DNA of 64,000 bases from Alphaproteobacteria bacterium (GTDB taxonomy: Bacteria > Pseudomonadota > Alphaproteobacteria > UBA7887): positions 1,184,001 through 1,248,000 of the forward strand of contig CBDCGL010000011.1 of NCBI GenBank assembly GCA_965216755.1, written 5' to 3'. Made by a program: the position numbers and the translations under genes. The notes beneath the pieces were generated by a model, which was not told where the DNA came from, did not search any database, and was given only the letters and a program-made list of their open reading frames with translations. This document shows positions 28,235 through 38,056 of this stretch, one piece after another. How positions within the stretch are numbered: position 1 is the stretch's first letter; every line of letters begins with the position of its first letter.

Positions 28235-29653
28235 ATGGTGAAACATACACTCAGCGACACCGAACTTGCCTTTTTGCCGGCGTCCGAATTGGCACGGCGG
28301 ATCCATGACAGGGAACTTCAGGCCCGTGAGGTGGTCGAGGCGTTCCTGGCCCGTATCACGCGTCACGACGCGAAGCTGCACGCCTATATTGCACTCTATT
28401 CCGACGACATCCGCATGGCCGCCGACAGCGCCGATTTGGCCATTAAATCCGGCCACGTCGTTGGTCCGTACCACGGTGTGCCGATCGCGCTAAAAGACAT
28501 CGTCGAACTTGAGGGGCGCGTGACCACCGGCGGCAGCAAGGCATGGTCGGATCGCAAATCAGCGACGACCGCAAGCTTGGCCCAGCGCTTGATGTCAGCC
28601 GGCATGCTCATCCTCGGCAAGACCCATACGGTCGAGTTCGCGATGGGCGGCTGGGGCACCAACAAGCATATGGGAACACCCTGGAATCCGTGGGACTTGG
28701 CAACGCACCGCACGCCGGGTGGCTCCAGCGCCGGCTCCGGCGTGTCTGTCGCGGCCGGTATGGCACCATGGGCAATCGGCACGGACACAGGCGGATCAGT
28801 GCGGTTGCCGTCGGCGTGGTGCGGACTGGTTGGCCTGAAGACAACGATCGGACGGATCAGCACGCATGGCGTGATGCCGTTGGCGCCGACCTTGGACACG
28901 CCCGGACCCATGTGCCGCACGGTCGAGGACACGGCGCACCTCTATCGCCTGCTCGCCGGTCCCGATGCCAGGGACCCATTGACACAGCGTAGGCCGGTCG
29001 ATGACCCGCTACCGGATTTGAAACGTGGTATCGCGGGCCTGCGCGTCGCGCGCCTGCCGAGCCGCGAACGCGATATGGTCGCTGCGGATATTTTGGCGGC
29101 CTACGACAGATCGCTGACCGTGTTGGCCGAGCTGGGCGCCGATATCGTTGACGTGACTTTACCATTCGGCTTTGCGGACTTTGCCACCATGACAGGACGC
29201 ATCATTGGTGCCGAAGGCTATCTACATGTCGGTCACATGGTTGATGACATGAGTTTGCCGTTGGATCCGGCGGTCCGGCCCCGAATCTGGGTCGGCAAGG
29301 ATCTCAGCGCACGAGACTACTTAACGACCTTGCGCGAGCAGCAGGACGTGAAGACCCGTTTTTTGGATGCCCTTGACGGCATCGACGCCATGTTGACACC
29401 GACAGTGCCAACCGCCGCCATTCCCCTTGACCAGGTCGATGAGTCCGCCACGCCGGCCTATTTCACCCGCGCCTTCAATTTGCTGGAAATGTGTGCCGTC
29501 ACCCTACCCAACGGCTTCACGCCAGAGGGCTTGCCTAGCGGCCTGCAGATCGCTTGTCGGGGCTACGACGAAGCGAAGGCACTGCGCATCGCGTGGGCAT
29601 TTGAGCAGACCACGGACTATGGGTGCCATGTGCCGCCGGGTCTGGACGGGTGA
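28235..29653 (+). CDS. Amidase signature family protein
   Basis: HGVPIALKD, PGGSSAGS, GTDTGGSVRLP. Confidence 0.92.
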   Translation: MVKHTLSDTELAFLPASELARRIHDRELQAREVVEAFLARITRHDAKLHAYIALYSDDIRMAADSADLAIKSGHVVGPYHGVPIALKDIVELEGRVTTGGSKAWSDRKSATTASLAQRLMSAGMLILGKTHTVEFAMGGWGTNKHMGTPWNPWDLATHRTPGGSSAGSGVSVAAGMAPWAIGTDTGGSVRLPSAWCGLVGLKTTIGRISTHGVMPLAPTLDTPGPMCRTVEDTAHLYRLLAGPDARDPLTQRRPVDDPLPDLKRGIAGLRVARLPSRERDMVAADILAAYDRSLTVLAELGADIVDVTLPFGFADFATMTGRIIGAEGYLHVGHMVDDMSLPLDPAVRPRIWVGKDLSARDYLTTLREQQDVKTRFLDALDGIDAMLTPTVPTAAIPLDQVDESATPAYFTRAFNLLEMCAVTLPNGFTPEGLPSGLQIACRGYDEAKALRIAWAFEQTTDYGCHVPPGLDG

Positions 29654-29797
29654 CTGCAGCCCGGCATTGCCAATTGGTGCCCTGCTGGTCAGGATCTAGA
29701 TAGGCGGCCCATCGCAACCATATGCCTATGTTGAGCATTGGTGGACAACGTCACGTCCGGCGCGCAGGATTTGACAGCAAATCTAAGGAGGACCGGT

Positions 29798-31603
29798 GTG
29801 TCCAGCATTACGCGGGCGGTGGCGAGCGTGGCCTGCTTCGCGGCACTTTTTGTAGGTGCTGAGGGTTCCGCGGAGCCGATCGACGACGCGCGTCTACGGG
29901 CAGCGTCAAAAGCGTCGATTGATTGGCTCAACTATGGTCTGAGCTATGATAATCAACGTTTCTCCAACCTAGACCAGATCAACACGGAAACAGTGTCGAC
30001 TCTGACGCCGCGTTGGATCTATCAGACCGGCATCAGCGCAACTTTCCAAGCCAACCCTCTGGTGGCCGACGGAGTCATGTATTTGACGACGCCGCGAAAC
30101 GACGTGGTTGCCATCAACGCCGAAGACGGCGCGGAAATCTGGCGCTACCGGCACGAAATGGCGACGGAGACGCTGTGCTGCGGACCAGCCAATCGCGGCG
30201 CGGCCGTTGGCTACGGGGCGATATACATGGCCACTGCGGACGGCCGCTTGATCGCGCTCGACCGCGCTAGCGGAATGGTCAAATGGGATGTTTGGATTGC
30301 TGTTCCGGATACCACCCCAACCGAAACGCTTGCCGAATTGGCACCCGATGATCCCTTACGCAATGCACGGGTTTCCGGTGCCAGCGGTTTGGGTGCGAAC
30401 ATGGCGCCATTGGTGTTCGAGGGCATGGTCGTCGCCGGCGTCACGGGCGCGGGCTACGGCTTGCATATCGACGATGATCGGCGCGGCGAGCTCGGCGCGG
30501 TCGTAGGCTTTGAGGGCCGGTTCGGACGACGTGGCTATCTGGCGGCGTTCGACGCCGAAAGTGGCGCCGAGATCTGGCGCTGGTACACGACCAAGTCTGA
30601 CGGCTGGGAAGGCGCGTGGCGTACCGAGACACCTGATGGCGCGCCGCTACATCGGGATATAGCCGCAGAACAAGCACGATCCGACACGTACCACGATGCC
30701 TGGAAAGTGGGCGGTGGCTCACTATGGTCGACACCCGCGCTGGATCCGGAGCTTGGCTTGATATACCTCGGCACCGGCAATCCAGCGCCGCAAATGGACG
30801 ACAAATCCCGGCCCGGAGACAATCTTTACACGGTTTCGGTGGTGGCACTGGACGTGCGCACCGGCGCGTTGCGCTGGCATTACCAGCAGGTGCCTCACGA
30901 TCTTTGGGGTTACGATGCGGGCAGTCCGCCTGTGCTGTTTGACCTCGTCCAAGACGGTGAAACCATCAAAGCCGTCGGCGAAGCATCAAAGACCGGATGG
31001 TTCTATGTGAATAATCGGGAAACCGGGACCCTCATATTCAAGTCGGAAGCTTTCGTTCCACAGCACAATATCTTTCAGCCGCCGACCCAAGAAGGAACCA
31101 CAATATTGCCCGGTGCCGCCGGTGGCGCCTCTTGGTCGCCCGTGTCCTACGATCCGCGGACCGGCCTCGTTTATGTTGCCGCTATAGACATGCCGACGAC
31201 TTATTCAGTCCGTGAGCGCCCGGCGGAAGGCGATAAACCGGCGTTGCGTTATTCCGTCCTCGAGCCCGCCGGCGATGACCGGGCGGGTATCCTGAGCGCC
31301 ATAGATACCCGCGACGCAGGCCGCATCGTTTGGCAGACCCGGACCGACGACATCTTGATAGGGGGCGTCTTGGCAACCGCAGGTGACCTGGTGTTCATGG
31401 GCGAAGGCACCGGCCTGTTCAGTGCGTTCCACGCGGCAACAGGCGAACGCCTTTGGTCGTTCCGTTGTGGCGCCGGAGTCAATGCGCCACCCATCACCTA
31501 CCAACTCGGCAACACCCAATATGTCACGGTCGCCGCCGGCGGCCATTCATTGTTCGGGTTTCCCAGGGGTGATGCCGTAATTACTTTTGCTCTGCCCGAC
31601 TAG
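29798..31603 (+). CDS. Periplasmic PQQ-binding beta-propeller dehydrogenase (methanol/ethanol family-like, non-canonical)
   Basis: Signal peptide after AGGAGG; LCCGPANRG vicinal Cys; GTGNPAP; PHDLWGYD; QYVTVAAGG. Confidence 0.85.
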   Translation: MSSITRAVASVACFAALFVGAEGSAEPIDDARLRAASKASIDWLNYGLSYDNQRFSNLDQINTETVSTLTPRWIYQTGISATFQANPLVADGVMYLTTPRNDVVAINAEDGAEIWRYRHEMATETLCCGPANRGAAVGYGAIYMATADGRLIALDRASGMVKWDVWIAVPDTTPTETLAELAPDDPLRNARVSGASGLGANMAPLVFEGMVVAGVTGAGYGLHIDDDRRGELGAVVGFEGRFGRRGYLAAFDAESGAEIWRWYTTKSDGWEGAWRTETPDGAPLHRDIAAEQARSDTYHDAWKVGGGSLWSTPALDPELGLIYLGTGNPAPQMDDKSRPGDNLYTVSVVALDVRTGALRWHYQQVPHDLWGYDAGSPPVLFDLVQDGETIKAVGEASKTGWFYVNNRETGTLIFKSEAFVPQHNIFQPPTQEGTTILPGAAGGASWSPVSYDPRTGLVYVAAIDMPTTYSVRERPAEGDKPALRYSVLEPAGDDRAGILSAIDTRDAGRIVWQTRTDDILIGGVLATAGDLVFMGEGTGLFSAFHAATGERLWSFRCGAGVNAPPITYQLGNTQYVTVAAGGHSLFGFPRGDAVITFALPD

Positions 31604-31699
31604 AATGCCCGCGCCCGCATGGTGCTAACCCGATCGGAACGCGCCGTCGGCAAACGGGTCTCGGCCGCCGGTGCCCCAACCGGCCGAGACCCGAACACG

Positions 31700-32128
31700 T
31701 CACGCAACGGCCTGCCGGAAATCCGCCAAATGCAGATCCCAACCGCGGTCCAACGCCATCAGCAAGGTCATTGCCTCTGCGCCCGCGGCTTCTGCAATCC
31801 CCTCATGCTTCAACGATAAACGTGTCCCGCCGGCGACCTCTTCCAACCGCCAGGTCACGGTCGTCTCCGCGCCGTTAAATGGCCCGACAACAAACGTATA
31901 AGATAACAGACTGGGTGGGTCCGTTTTCAGCACTTTGCCCCATATCTGGCGCACATGCGTGCCGTCGTCACCGATCCGCGACAGCGTATAGTCTTGCCCC
32001 TCCGTGAGGTCTGATTCCGCCGTATGGAACCATGTCGCGAGCTTGTTTTTGTTGGTCAGAAAAGACCACACTGTTTCACGCGTCGCATTGAAGAACACAG
32101 TTTTCGAAATTGTCGTCGCGTCAGCCAT
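31700..32128 (-). CDS. SRPBCC/AHSA1-like ligand-binding protein
   Basis: ATRETVWSFLT...LATWF, TTVTWRLEEVAGGTRLSLKH, GWDLHL; overlaps arsR stop. Confidence 0.85.
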   Translation of the reverse strand: MADATTISKTVFFNATRETVWSFLTNKNKLATWFHTAESDLTEGQDYTLSRIGDDGTHVRQIWGKVLKTDPPSLLSYTFVVGPFNGAETTVTWRLEEVAGGTRLSLKHEGIAEAAGAEAMTLLMALDRGWDLHLADFRQAVA

Positions 32129-32468
32129 TTTTCGACCTCTCCTCATCCTCAATTGCATCTTGCAAGGCGGCCAAACGTGCATCCCAGAATTGGTCGAAAT
32201 AGCTGAGCCAGTCGGCAACAGTCTTCAAGCCGAGTGGCTCAAGTCGGTTGATACGTTCACGACCTCTGGGCTGGACGGAAATCAACGCGCCCTTTTCCAG
32301 GACTGTCAGATGCTTTTTGACAGCAGCGCGTGTCATATCGAAACAGGCGGCGACCTCGCCAACCGTCATGTCCCGTTCACTAAGAAAAACCAGGATGTCA
32401 CGCCGCGTCGGATCGGCGAGCGCGCGAAATGCGCCCTGAACCGCCGTCTTGTCAGTCATCGTATTCAT
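32121..32468 (-). CDS. ArsR/SmtB-family transcriptional regulator
   Basis: FRALADPTRRDIL, AVKKHLTVLE, GRER, FWDARL. Confidence 0.9.
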   Translation of the reverse strand: MNTMTDKTAVQGAFRALADPTRRDILVFLSERDMTVGEVAACFDMTRAAVKKHLTVLEKGALISVQPRGRERINRLEPLGLKTVADWLSYFDQFWDARLAALQDAIEDEERSKNG

Positions 32469-32562
32469 TTCAACTCGGATGCTGGGGTCAGCCTGCCGCC
32501 TTGATCGACAAAACCCTGCTGCGTCCAGTTCGACCTTGATGGCGTAAACATCGCGACCTCAT

Positions 32563-32608
32563 ATGAAACCGGTTGGTATCATTTTTATAAGATACCATTT
32601 AGTATCAT
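32563..32608. promoter_or_regulatory. Tandem palindromic operators, probably for the ArsR regulator
   Basis: ATGAAACC-GGTT-GGTATCAT 32563-32582 and AAGATACC-ATTT-AGTATCAT 32589-32608. Confidence 0.55.
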
Positions 32609-32802
32609 GTCAAGGTCGGAATTTCACCATCCGTCACGGCGCTGCTTGCGTTGACAATCGCACCGCGCGGAAGGCCGGATCATGTTGCGACGGTATCTAA
32701 ACGATTATTGTGACAATATTTCTCACAATAACTACCCGAAGGCACGACGCCAAAACATCATTTTGTCGCACGTGAACGTCGCGAGCGGGCGCCCCCCAAG
32801 TG

Positions 32803-33681
32803 CTATCCAGTTTCCATCGGTAACGATAAGTCGTTGGCCCATTCCGACATCGACGCGTCATACACCGTGACGTTGTCGTGGCCCAACATGGTCAATATAA
32901 AAGCGTCGTTGGTTGCAGCAATGCCACCGCCGCAGTACAGAACGATACGGTCGCTGGCCAGCGCCCCGGATTCCGCAAACAGGTTTCTGAGTTCGGTCAA
33001 AGGTCGATAAGTTTTGCTATCCGGATCAATCAGGTGGATCCCCGGCACGTTGACACTGCCCGGGATCCGGCCGGGACGGCCATAATTTACCGAGTCCGAA
33101 CCATCATGGAGACTCGGCCGCAAGGCGTTTACGATACATGCACCGGCATCGTCCATGGCCTGGCGAACATCGTCTTTGGTACAGAAGAGACCGTCGCGAG
33201 GACGTGCGGTCAGCTCACCCGGTGGGTAGGTTGTCGGCGTCGTAGAGATCTCTCGACCTTCCGCTTGCCATTTATCGAAGCCGCCATTGAGGACAGCAGC
33301 TGAATCGAAACCGATCGCGCGTAGCATCCACCAAACCCGGGTCGCCCACTGGATATTGTCGCGGCTGTACAGCACGACACGCGCGTTGTTGTTGATGCCG
33401 TTTTCTGCTAAAGCCGACGCCAGCCAGTTTGGCGCGGGCATCATGAAATTGAAACTGGAGTCGGGATCGGACAGCGCACCCGGCAGATCCAGAAAAGCGG
33501 AGTTGGGAATATGTCCGGCTTCATGGTCAGCGCGCCCGCTCTCCACGCGATAAATTCGCGGCGGATCCGGCCTTAACCAAACGGTACAGTCATAGAGGCG
33601 TAGGTCAGGATCAGATAGGTGTGCCGCGAGCCAGTCGGTCTCCACCAACATTCGCTCGATTGCCGCTCGATCGCCTGCCAT
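32803..33681 (-). CDS. Tandem-rhodanese sulfurtransferase (SseA-like)
   Basis: GHIPNSAF, ATRVWW, GRIPGS, YCGGGIAA, YDASMSEW. Confidence 0.9.
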   Translation of the reverse strand: MAGDRAAIERMLVETDWLAAHLSDPDLRLYDCTVWLRPDPPRIYRVESGRADHEAGHIPNSAFLDLPGALSDPDSSFNFMMPAPNWLASALAENGINNNARVVLYSRDNIQWATRVWWMLRAIGFDSAAVLNGGFDKWQAEGREISTTPTTYPPGELTARPRDGLFCTKDDVRQAMDDAGACIVNALRPSLHDGSDSVNYGRPGRIPGSVNVPGIHLIDPDSKTYRPLTELRNLFAESGALASDRIVLYCGGGIAATNDAFILTMLGHDNVTVYDASMSEWANDLSLPMETG

Positions 33682-33824
33682 GTCGAATACCCTTTACCGA
33701 CTTTGTCGTATCTGTCCTACCTTCGTGTAACACGGTCGCGCACCGAAAACAAAGTGGTAGCTGACGGATCGGGCTAGACGGTGTCGATATTACCGGAGCA
33801 CGATTTGCCGTGGCTAGGGATGAG

Positions 33825-34745
33825 ATGTTTAAAGGTTTCGACGGCCGACGTATCGCGACGAGCGACACGGAAATCAACCTTGTTGTCGGTGGTACCGGTC
33901 CCCCGTTGCTGCTGCTCCATGGCTACCCACAAACCCACATCATGTGGCACAAGATGGCACCGGAGCTGGCGAAAAAGTATACGGTCGTCGCGCCGGACTT
34001 GCGCGGTTATGGCGACAGCGGCAAGCCGCCATCTGGAACCGATCACGCGGGCTACACCCACCGCGCAATGGCCGAAGATCAGCGACAAATCATGGCGACA
34101 CTCGGTTTCGAGCGATTTCATCTGGTGGGTCACGACCGCGGCGCGCGCGTCGGCTATCGGCTTGCCTACGACACGCCGGACGTTCTTCGCAGTTTATCCA
34201 TCTTGGACGTGGTGGCCACGGCGGATGTATTTGCCAATGTCGACGCGGCCATGGCGAAAGCATATTTCCATTGGTTTTTGATGTTGCAGCCCGCGCCGCT
34301 TGCCGAAACTCTTATGGGGGCGGCACCTGAGTTCTATTTGCGCTGGTTGCTCGACCGGTGGTGCAGCACGCCTGACGCCATCACGGACGCCGCGTTCGCC
34401 GAATATCTGCGGTGTTTTAGGGATCCGGAAACGTTGCATGCGATGTGCGAGGACTACCGCGCCGCCGGCTTGGATATCACCCATGACGATGCCGATGGCA
34501 GTGCAAAAATCCGTTGTCCGCTGCTTGTATTGTGGGGCCAGAAACAGCAGCAGCATCCGGGTTGGCCAAGTTTGCGCCTGGACATTATGGCGACGTGGCA
34601 GGCGCGCGCCGAAAACGTCAGCGGGGGGCCCATTGATTGCGGTCATTTCTTGCCCGAGGAGGCCCCCGACGCCACCACGGACGCCATCGTCGCGTTTCTG
34701 GAGGCGCAAACGTCGTCCGAACAGATCAATACTCGCGAGTCATAG
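33825..34745 (+). CDS. Fluoroacetate/haloacetate dehalogenase-like alpha/beta hydrolase
   Basis: LHGYPQTH, GHDRGARV (Asp nucleophile plus two Arg), YFHWF, CEDYRA, CGHFLPEE. Confidence 0.8.
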   Translation: MFKGFDGRRIATSDTEINLVVGGTGPPLLLLHGYPQTHIMWHKMAPELAKKYTVVAPDLRGYGDSGKPPSGTDHAGYTHRAMAEDQRQIMATLGFERFHLVGHDRGARVGYRLAYDTPDVLRSLSILDVVATADVFANVDAAMAKAYFHWFLMLQPAPLAETLMGAAPEFYLRWLLDRWCSTPDAITDAAFAEYLRCFRDPETLHAMCEDYRAAGLDITHDDADGSAKIRCPLLVLWGQKQQQHPGWPSLRLDIMATWQARAENVSGGPIDCGHFLPEEAPDATTDAIVAFLEAQTSSEQINTRES

Positions 34746-35552
34746 GGCTTGTTGCCCAAGCCCACGCAGTGAATCGTCCGAGACCAGGGCCATCGGCGCC
34801 CAATTCTGCGATCTGACATAGTCCGGTCGGGCATTGGGCACGTCCCTCGGACGGTTTTCAGTACGATTAAAGCAGAAGTAAGCTTGCCATCGGTCCAAAG
34901 CGGAAAGGTTATGTCCTGACGCATGAATGATGTTGCAGTCAAACACCACGACGTCGCCGGGTTGACCAGTTATGGCAACCGGCTTAGTTGCACCGTTCAG
35001 AACTTCGCGCACGGTCGCGTGCGGCACCGTCCACAATTTGTAGGGTGTTGACTCATCCCACACCGGATCGACTCGGCCACGCGTGTGGCTGCCAGGCACG
35101 AAATAGAGGCAGCCATTGAACTCGGTCGCCTCGTTGAGCATGACCATCACAGTGAGCATGTCGGGGGCCACGATGCCATCCAAATGCCAGGAGCCGAAAT
35201 CCTGGTGCCATGGCCAAACTGTGCCATCGATTGCGCCCTTCATGTTGACCTTTGTGTGATGAATGTAGACCTCGCTGTCGCCAAGCAGTTGCTGTGCCAT
35301 GCCCAACACGCGCGGCAGCCGCGACGCAGCGCCAAATGCCGCCGATGCCGTCGGCCCGTCACCCTCATGCATGCGAAACATGGTTTTTGCCGTGCCCGCC
35401 GCACCTTCCCGAAACACGCAGGGATCGCTAACCTGCGCGAGTCGGGCGACTTCAGCGCGTAGGCACGCCACTTCTGTTTCATCAAACAGCGACGGCAACA
35501 CGAGATAGCCGTCTTTGGCATATTGCGCACATTGTGATTGGCTAAGCGGCAT
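34740..35552 (-). CDS. PhyH-family Fe(II)/2OG dioxygenase (ectoine/proline hydroxylase-like)
   Basis: WPWHQDF, NGCLYFVPGSH, IIHASGHN. Confidence 0.85.
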   Translation of the reverse strand: MPLSQSQCAQYAKDGYLVLPSLFDETEVACLRAEVARLAQVSDPCVFREGAAGTAKTMFRMHEGDGPTASAAFGAASRLPRVLGMAQQLLGDSEVYIHHTKVNMKGAIDGTVWPWHQDFGSWHLDGIVAPDMLTVMVMLNEATEFNGCLYFVPGSHTRGRVDPVWDESTPYKLWTVPHATVREVLNGATKPVAITGQPGDVVVFDCNIIHASGHNLSALDRWQAYFCFNRTENRPRDVPNARPDYVRSQNWAPMALVSDDSLRGLGQQAL

Positions 35553-35578
35553 CGCAGTACTTCCTTCTCGCGTTCGGT

Positions 35579-36364
35579 TTACGCGAACCGGACCGTGACA
35601 TCACCCAGCGCACCAAATGTCGCGGTCACCGAGTCACCCTGCTTGGCAAAGATCGGCGCATTGGCCGTATTGCCTGTTGTGACGATCTCACCAGCAATCA
35701 AGCTATGCCCCCGGCCAGTACAACGATTGGCAAGCCAAACCAAAGCATTGATCGGATCGTCCAGGGCATTGCCCCCGATGCCGTCCGTGCTGAAAGCGCC
35801 GTTGACCTCTGCCCGGACAGGTATCCGTGGGCGATCGGTAGCACGCCAATCAGGCACCTCAGAGCCGAGCACAAAAGCGCCATGCACGCCGTTGTCGGCG
35901 ATTGTCGGCAGTATCGTGATCGGCCAACCACCTTCGTAACGGCAATCGACGATCTCGATCGCCGGGTACATGGCATCGACTGCATCCAAGATTGTATCGA
36001 TGTCGAAGGGCGCATTCTCCGGCGTAATATCGCGACCCAATCGGAAAGCGATTTCGGGTTCAACGATCGGTGCGAAGAAAACTTGCGAGTCAAGGTCCGC
36101 CGGGCTGGCGAAACTCGTCAACATCAACATGCGACCATAGAACGGTTCGTCGGTCTTCGACATTTCCTGCGCCATTTTGCTGGTGCAGCCGACCTTCCAG
36201 CCATAGCTGGAGTCGCCAAGGGCCGCGATCAGTCTTTCTTGCACAGCGTATGCGTCGTCAACTGACTGCGGTTCCGCGCCGACCGAAAATGACTCAAGGG
36301 CCTTTCGCCCGCGTCTGACCCGTAGGAGTTGCGATGCCGCAGTCTCGATTGCACCCTTGTCCAT
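35579..36364 (-). CDS. 2-keto-4-pentenoate hydratase-like FAH superfamily protein
   Basis: DDAYAVQ, GWKVGCTS, VEPEIAF, AIEIVD, ADNG, IVTTG; GGAGG RBS. Confidence 0.85.
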   Translation of the reverse strand: MDKGAIETAASQLLRVRRGRKALESFSVGAEPQSVDDAYAVQERLIAALGDSSYGWKVGCTSKMAQEMSKTDEPFYGRMLMLTSFASPADLDSQVFFAPIVEPEIAFRLGRDITPENAPFDIDTILDAVDAMYPAIEIVDCRYEGGWPITILPTIADNGVHGAFVLGSEVPDWRATDRPRIPVRAEVNGAFSTDGIGGNALDDPINALVWLANRCTGRGHSLIAGEIVTTGNTANAPIFAKQGDSVTATFGALGDVTVRFA

Positions 36365-36500
36365 GCCCTGTTTCCTCCCGCGCCCCTTGCCCAAATCCGG
36401 ATCTATTTTGGCGCTCAGGCGCAGAATAAGGCTCGCGTTTTCCGGGATACAGACGCGCCCAGAGTGTGAACGTTGGCGACGGCGGAAACCACAAGGGCGT

Positions 36501-36824
36501 TCAATAGCACGTGGTTCTGGTTCCCCACTGTATACGCCCGTCTGGCAAATAACGATAAACGCGATCTTGCACGCAATAGCGTGGCCGTGGCGGCACATAG
36601 GCGACTGGCGGTGGCGGGGGATAGTAAGGACGTGTCAACAAGCTACCTAAGAGAATGGCACCCCCAATGATTCCGGCGCCAATGAGAATATCGCCTCCGA
36701 TATTGCCGTAGTGGCCATGATGATGCCCGCGGTGATGGCTGTGGTACCGACCGCCGGCTTCCGCCGACACGGGCCCCAGCAGGATACCCGTGGCAACGAC
36801 GACAAGAGTCATGCATTTCATCAT
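36501..36824 (-). CDS. Small secreted His/Gly/Pro-rich hypothetical protein
   Basis: Signal peptide ending AEA; HSHHRGHHHGH; GAGIIGG zipper; PPPPP; two Cys. Confidence 0.6.
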   Translation of the reverse strand: MMKCMTLVVVATGILLGPVSAEAGGRYHSHHRGHHHGHYGNIGGDILIGAGIIGGAILLGSLLTRPYYPPPPPVAYVPPRPRYCVQDRVYRYLPDGRIQWGTRTTCY

Positions 36825-36966
36825 TCTGGCGCTCCCGCTTCTTGTTTTTGCCTATGATAGCAGAAACGCACGGGCCGGCCGAGCGGCGCGGAAACGGCCC
36901 CATCGTCGGTCATACCGGTGTCAGCGGGTCAAGATGTTCGTATCGGCGTGGGGCGGGAGACCCGCG

Positions 36967-38007
36967 CTAATCGGATTCCATGATCCGTCGATGCGCGGCT
37001 ATAAGGCTCGAAACGCGGGCGGGGTCTGTACGGCCCCATCCGCATTCTGTCGAAACGCCAAATCGCCGGGTAACTTTTTCGGCTGCCGCGATACGCGCGC
37101 GGTCGCCGTCGCCATCGTTACAGTGGACAAGCCCGAGATAGAGATCGGTGGCATCATTCAGATCGAGCGATCCGAGCCTGGCGAAATAGGCGCGATCCGT
37201 GCGATCCTTTGGCACTGGTACGTGAACATAATCGAGGGGGCGATTCAGCACTTTGCCTAGGCCATTGATCATTTCCACAGCAATGGAAAGATCTTTCGGC
37301 ATGACGAGGTGCTCGTCCTTGGGCGTGCCGTAGCAAAAATGGTAGCCAAGCTCAACAGGCTCGGGCACTGCGTTACCAAGTCGCCCCATCTCAGTAAAGA
37401 TCTGCGCCGTGTAATCCGCCGGACGTTGTGGAAAGTAATCTGCGAATATCAAGACTTCTTGGCAAATATCCCACTGAATTGACAAGTCTGAAGCAGGAAT
37501 TGCCCGAACGATTTCTAACAGAGCTTGAAGCAACGCCCGTTCATAGGTGGCCAAGTAATCGTCGAGCGCCGCCGGCGACACATATATGTAACCCGATGCC
37601 ATCGGCGACGGCAATGCGACTTGGAACCGCATCCCTTGAGGAATGATCGCAGCGTCCCGCAGCGCGCGGAAAATCTTATACGAGCCCTGCGCGGCATCCG
37701 CATGACCGGTTTCGAACACGACATCGGTCGGATCCACGCCCGGCCTGAAGCGAACCAACTCCGTGTTGCGTATCAGTGTGCCGTCCCATTGTTCCAATCG
37801 CAATGGCGCGGCACTGGGGTCAAGTTCCATGTCGGGGATGGTTCAGCAACATTTCCCGTTGCCAATAGATCCAGCGATGGCGTTCACCGGTTTCCCCGTC
37901 GGGAATACGTTTCAACCATCGCCCGAGTTCGCCCGCCAGAGTCCGAAACACGCTTTCCGCGTCGGCCATGGCGACACTGCCGAGGAGGTGAACGCCGACG
38001 CTCTCAT
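36967..38007 (-). pseudogene. Cobalamin-independent methionine synthase-like (MetE fold) gene with two frameshifts
   Basis: HLLGSV...KRIPDGETGERHRWIYWQREMLLNHP in one frame joins DMELDP... (ORF 36967-37830, GYHFCYG, STECGWGR) after removing one base at GGGG 37834-37837; ATG 38007 is out of frame by 2. Confidence 0.75.
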
Positions 38008-38056
38008 GAATCTGGAACCCCCGCGCATAACCGGGAGACGGCTAAATAGACGCCAA

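Noticed and set aside
29798-31603. xoxF or mxaF call
   Set aside because: Catalytic Asp and metal-binding Glu are substituted; no cytochrome or xoxJ/mxaJ neighbours
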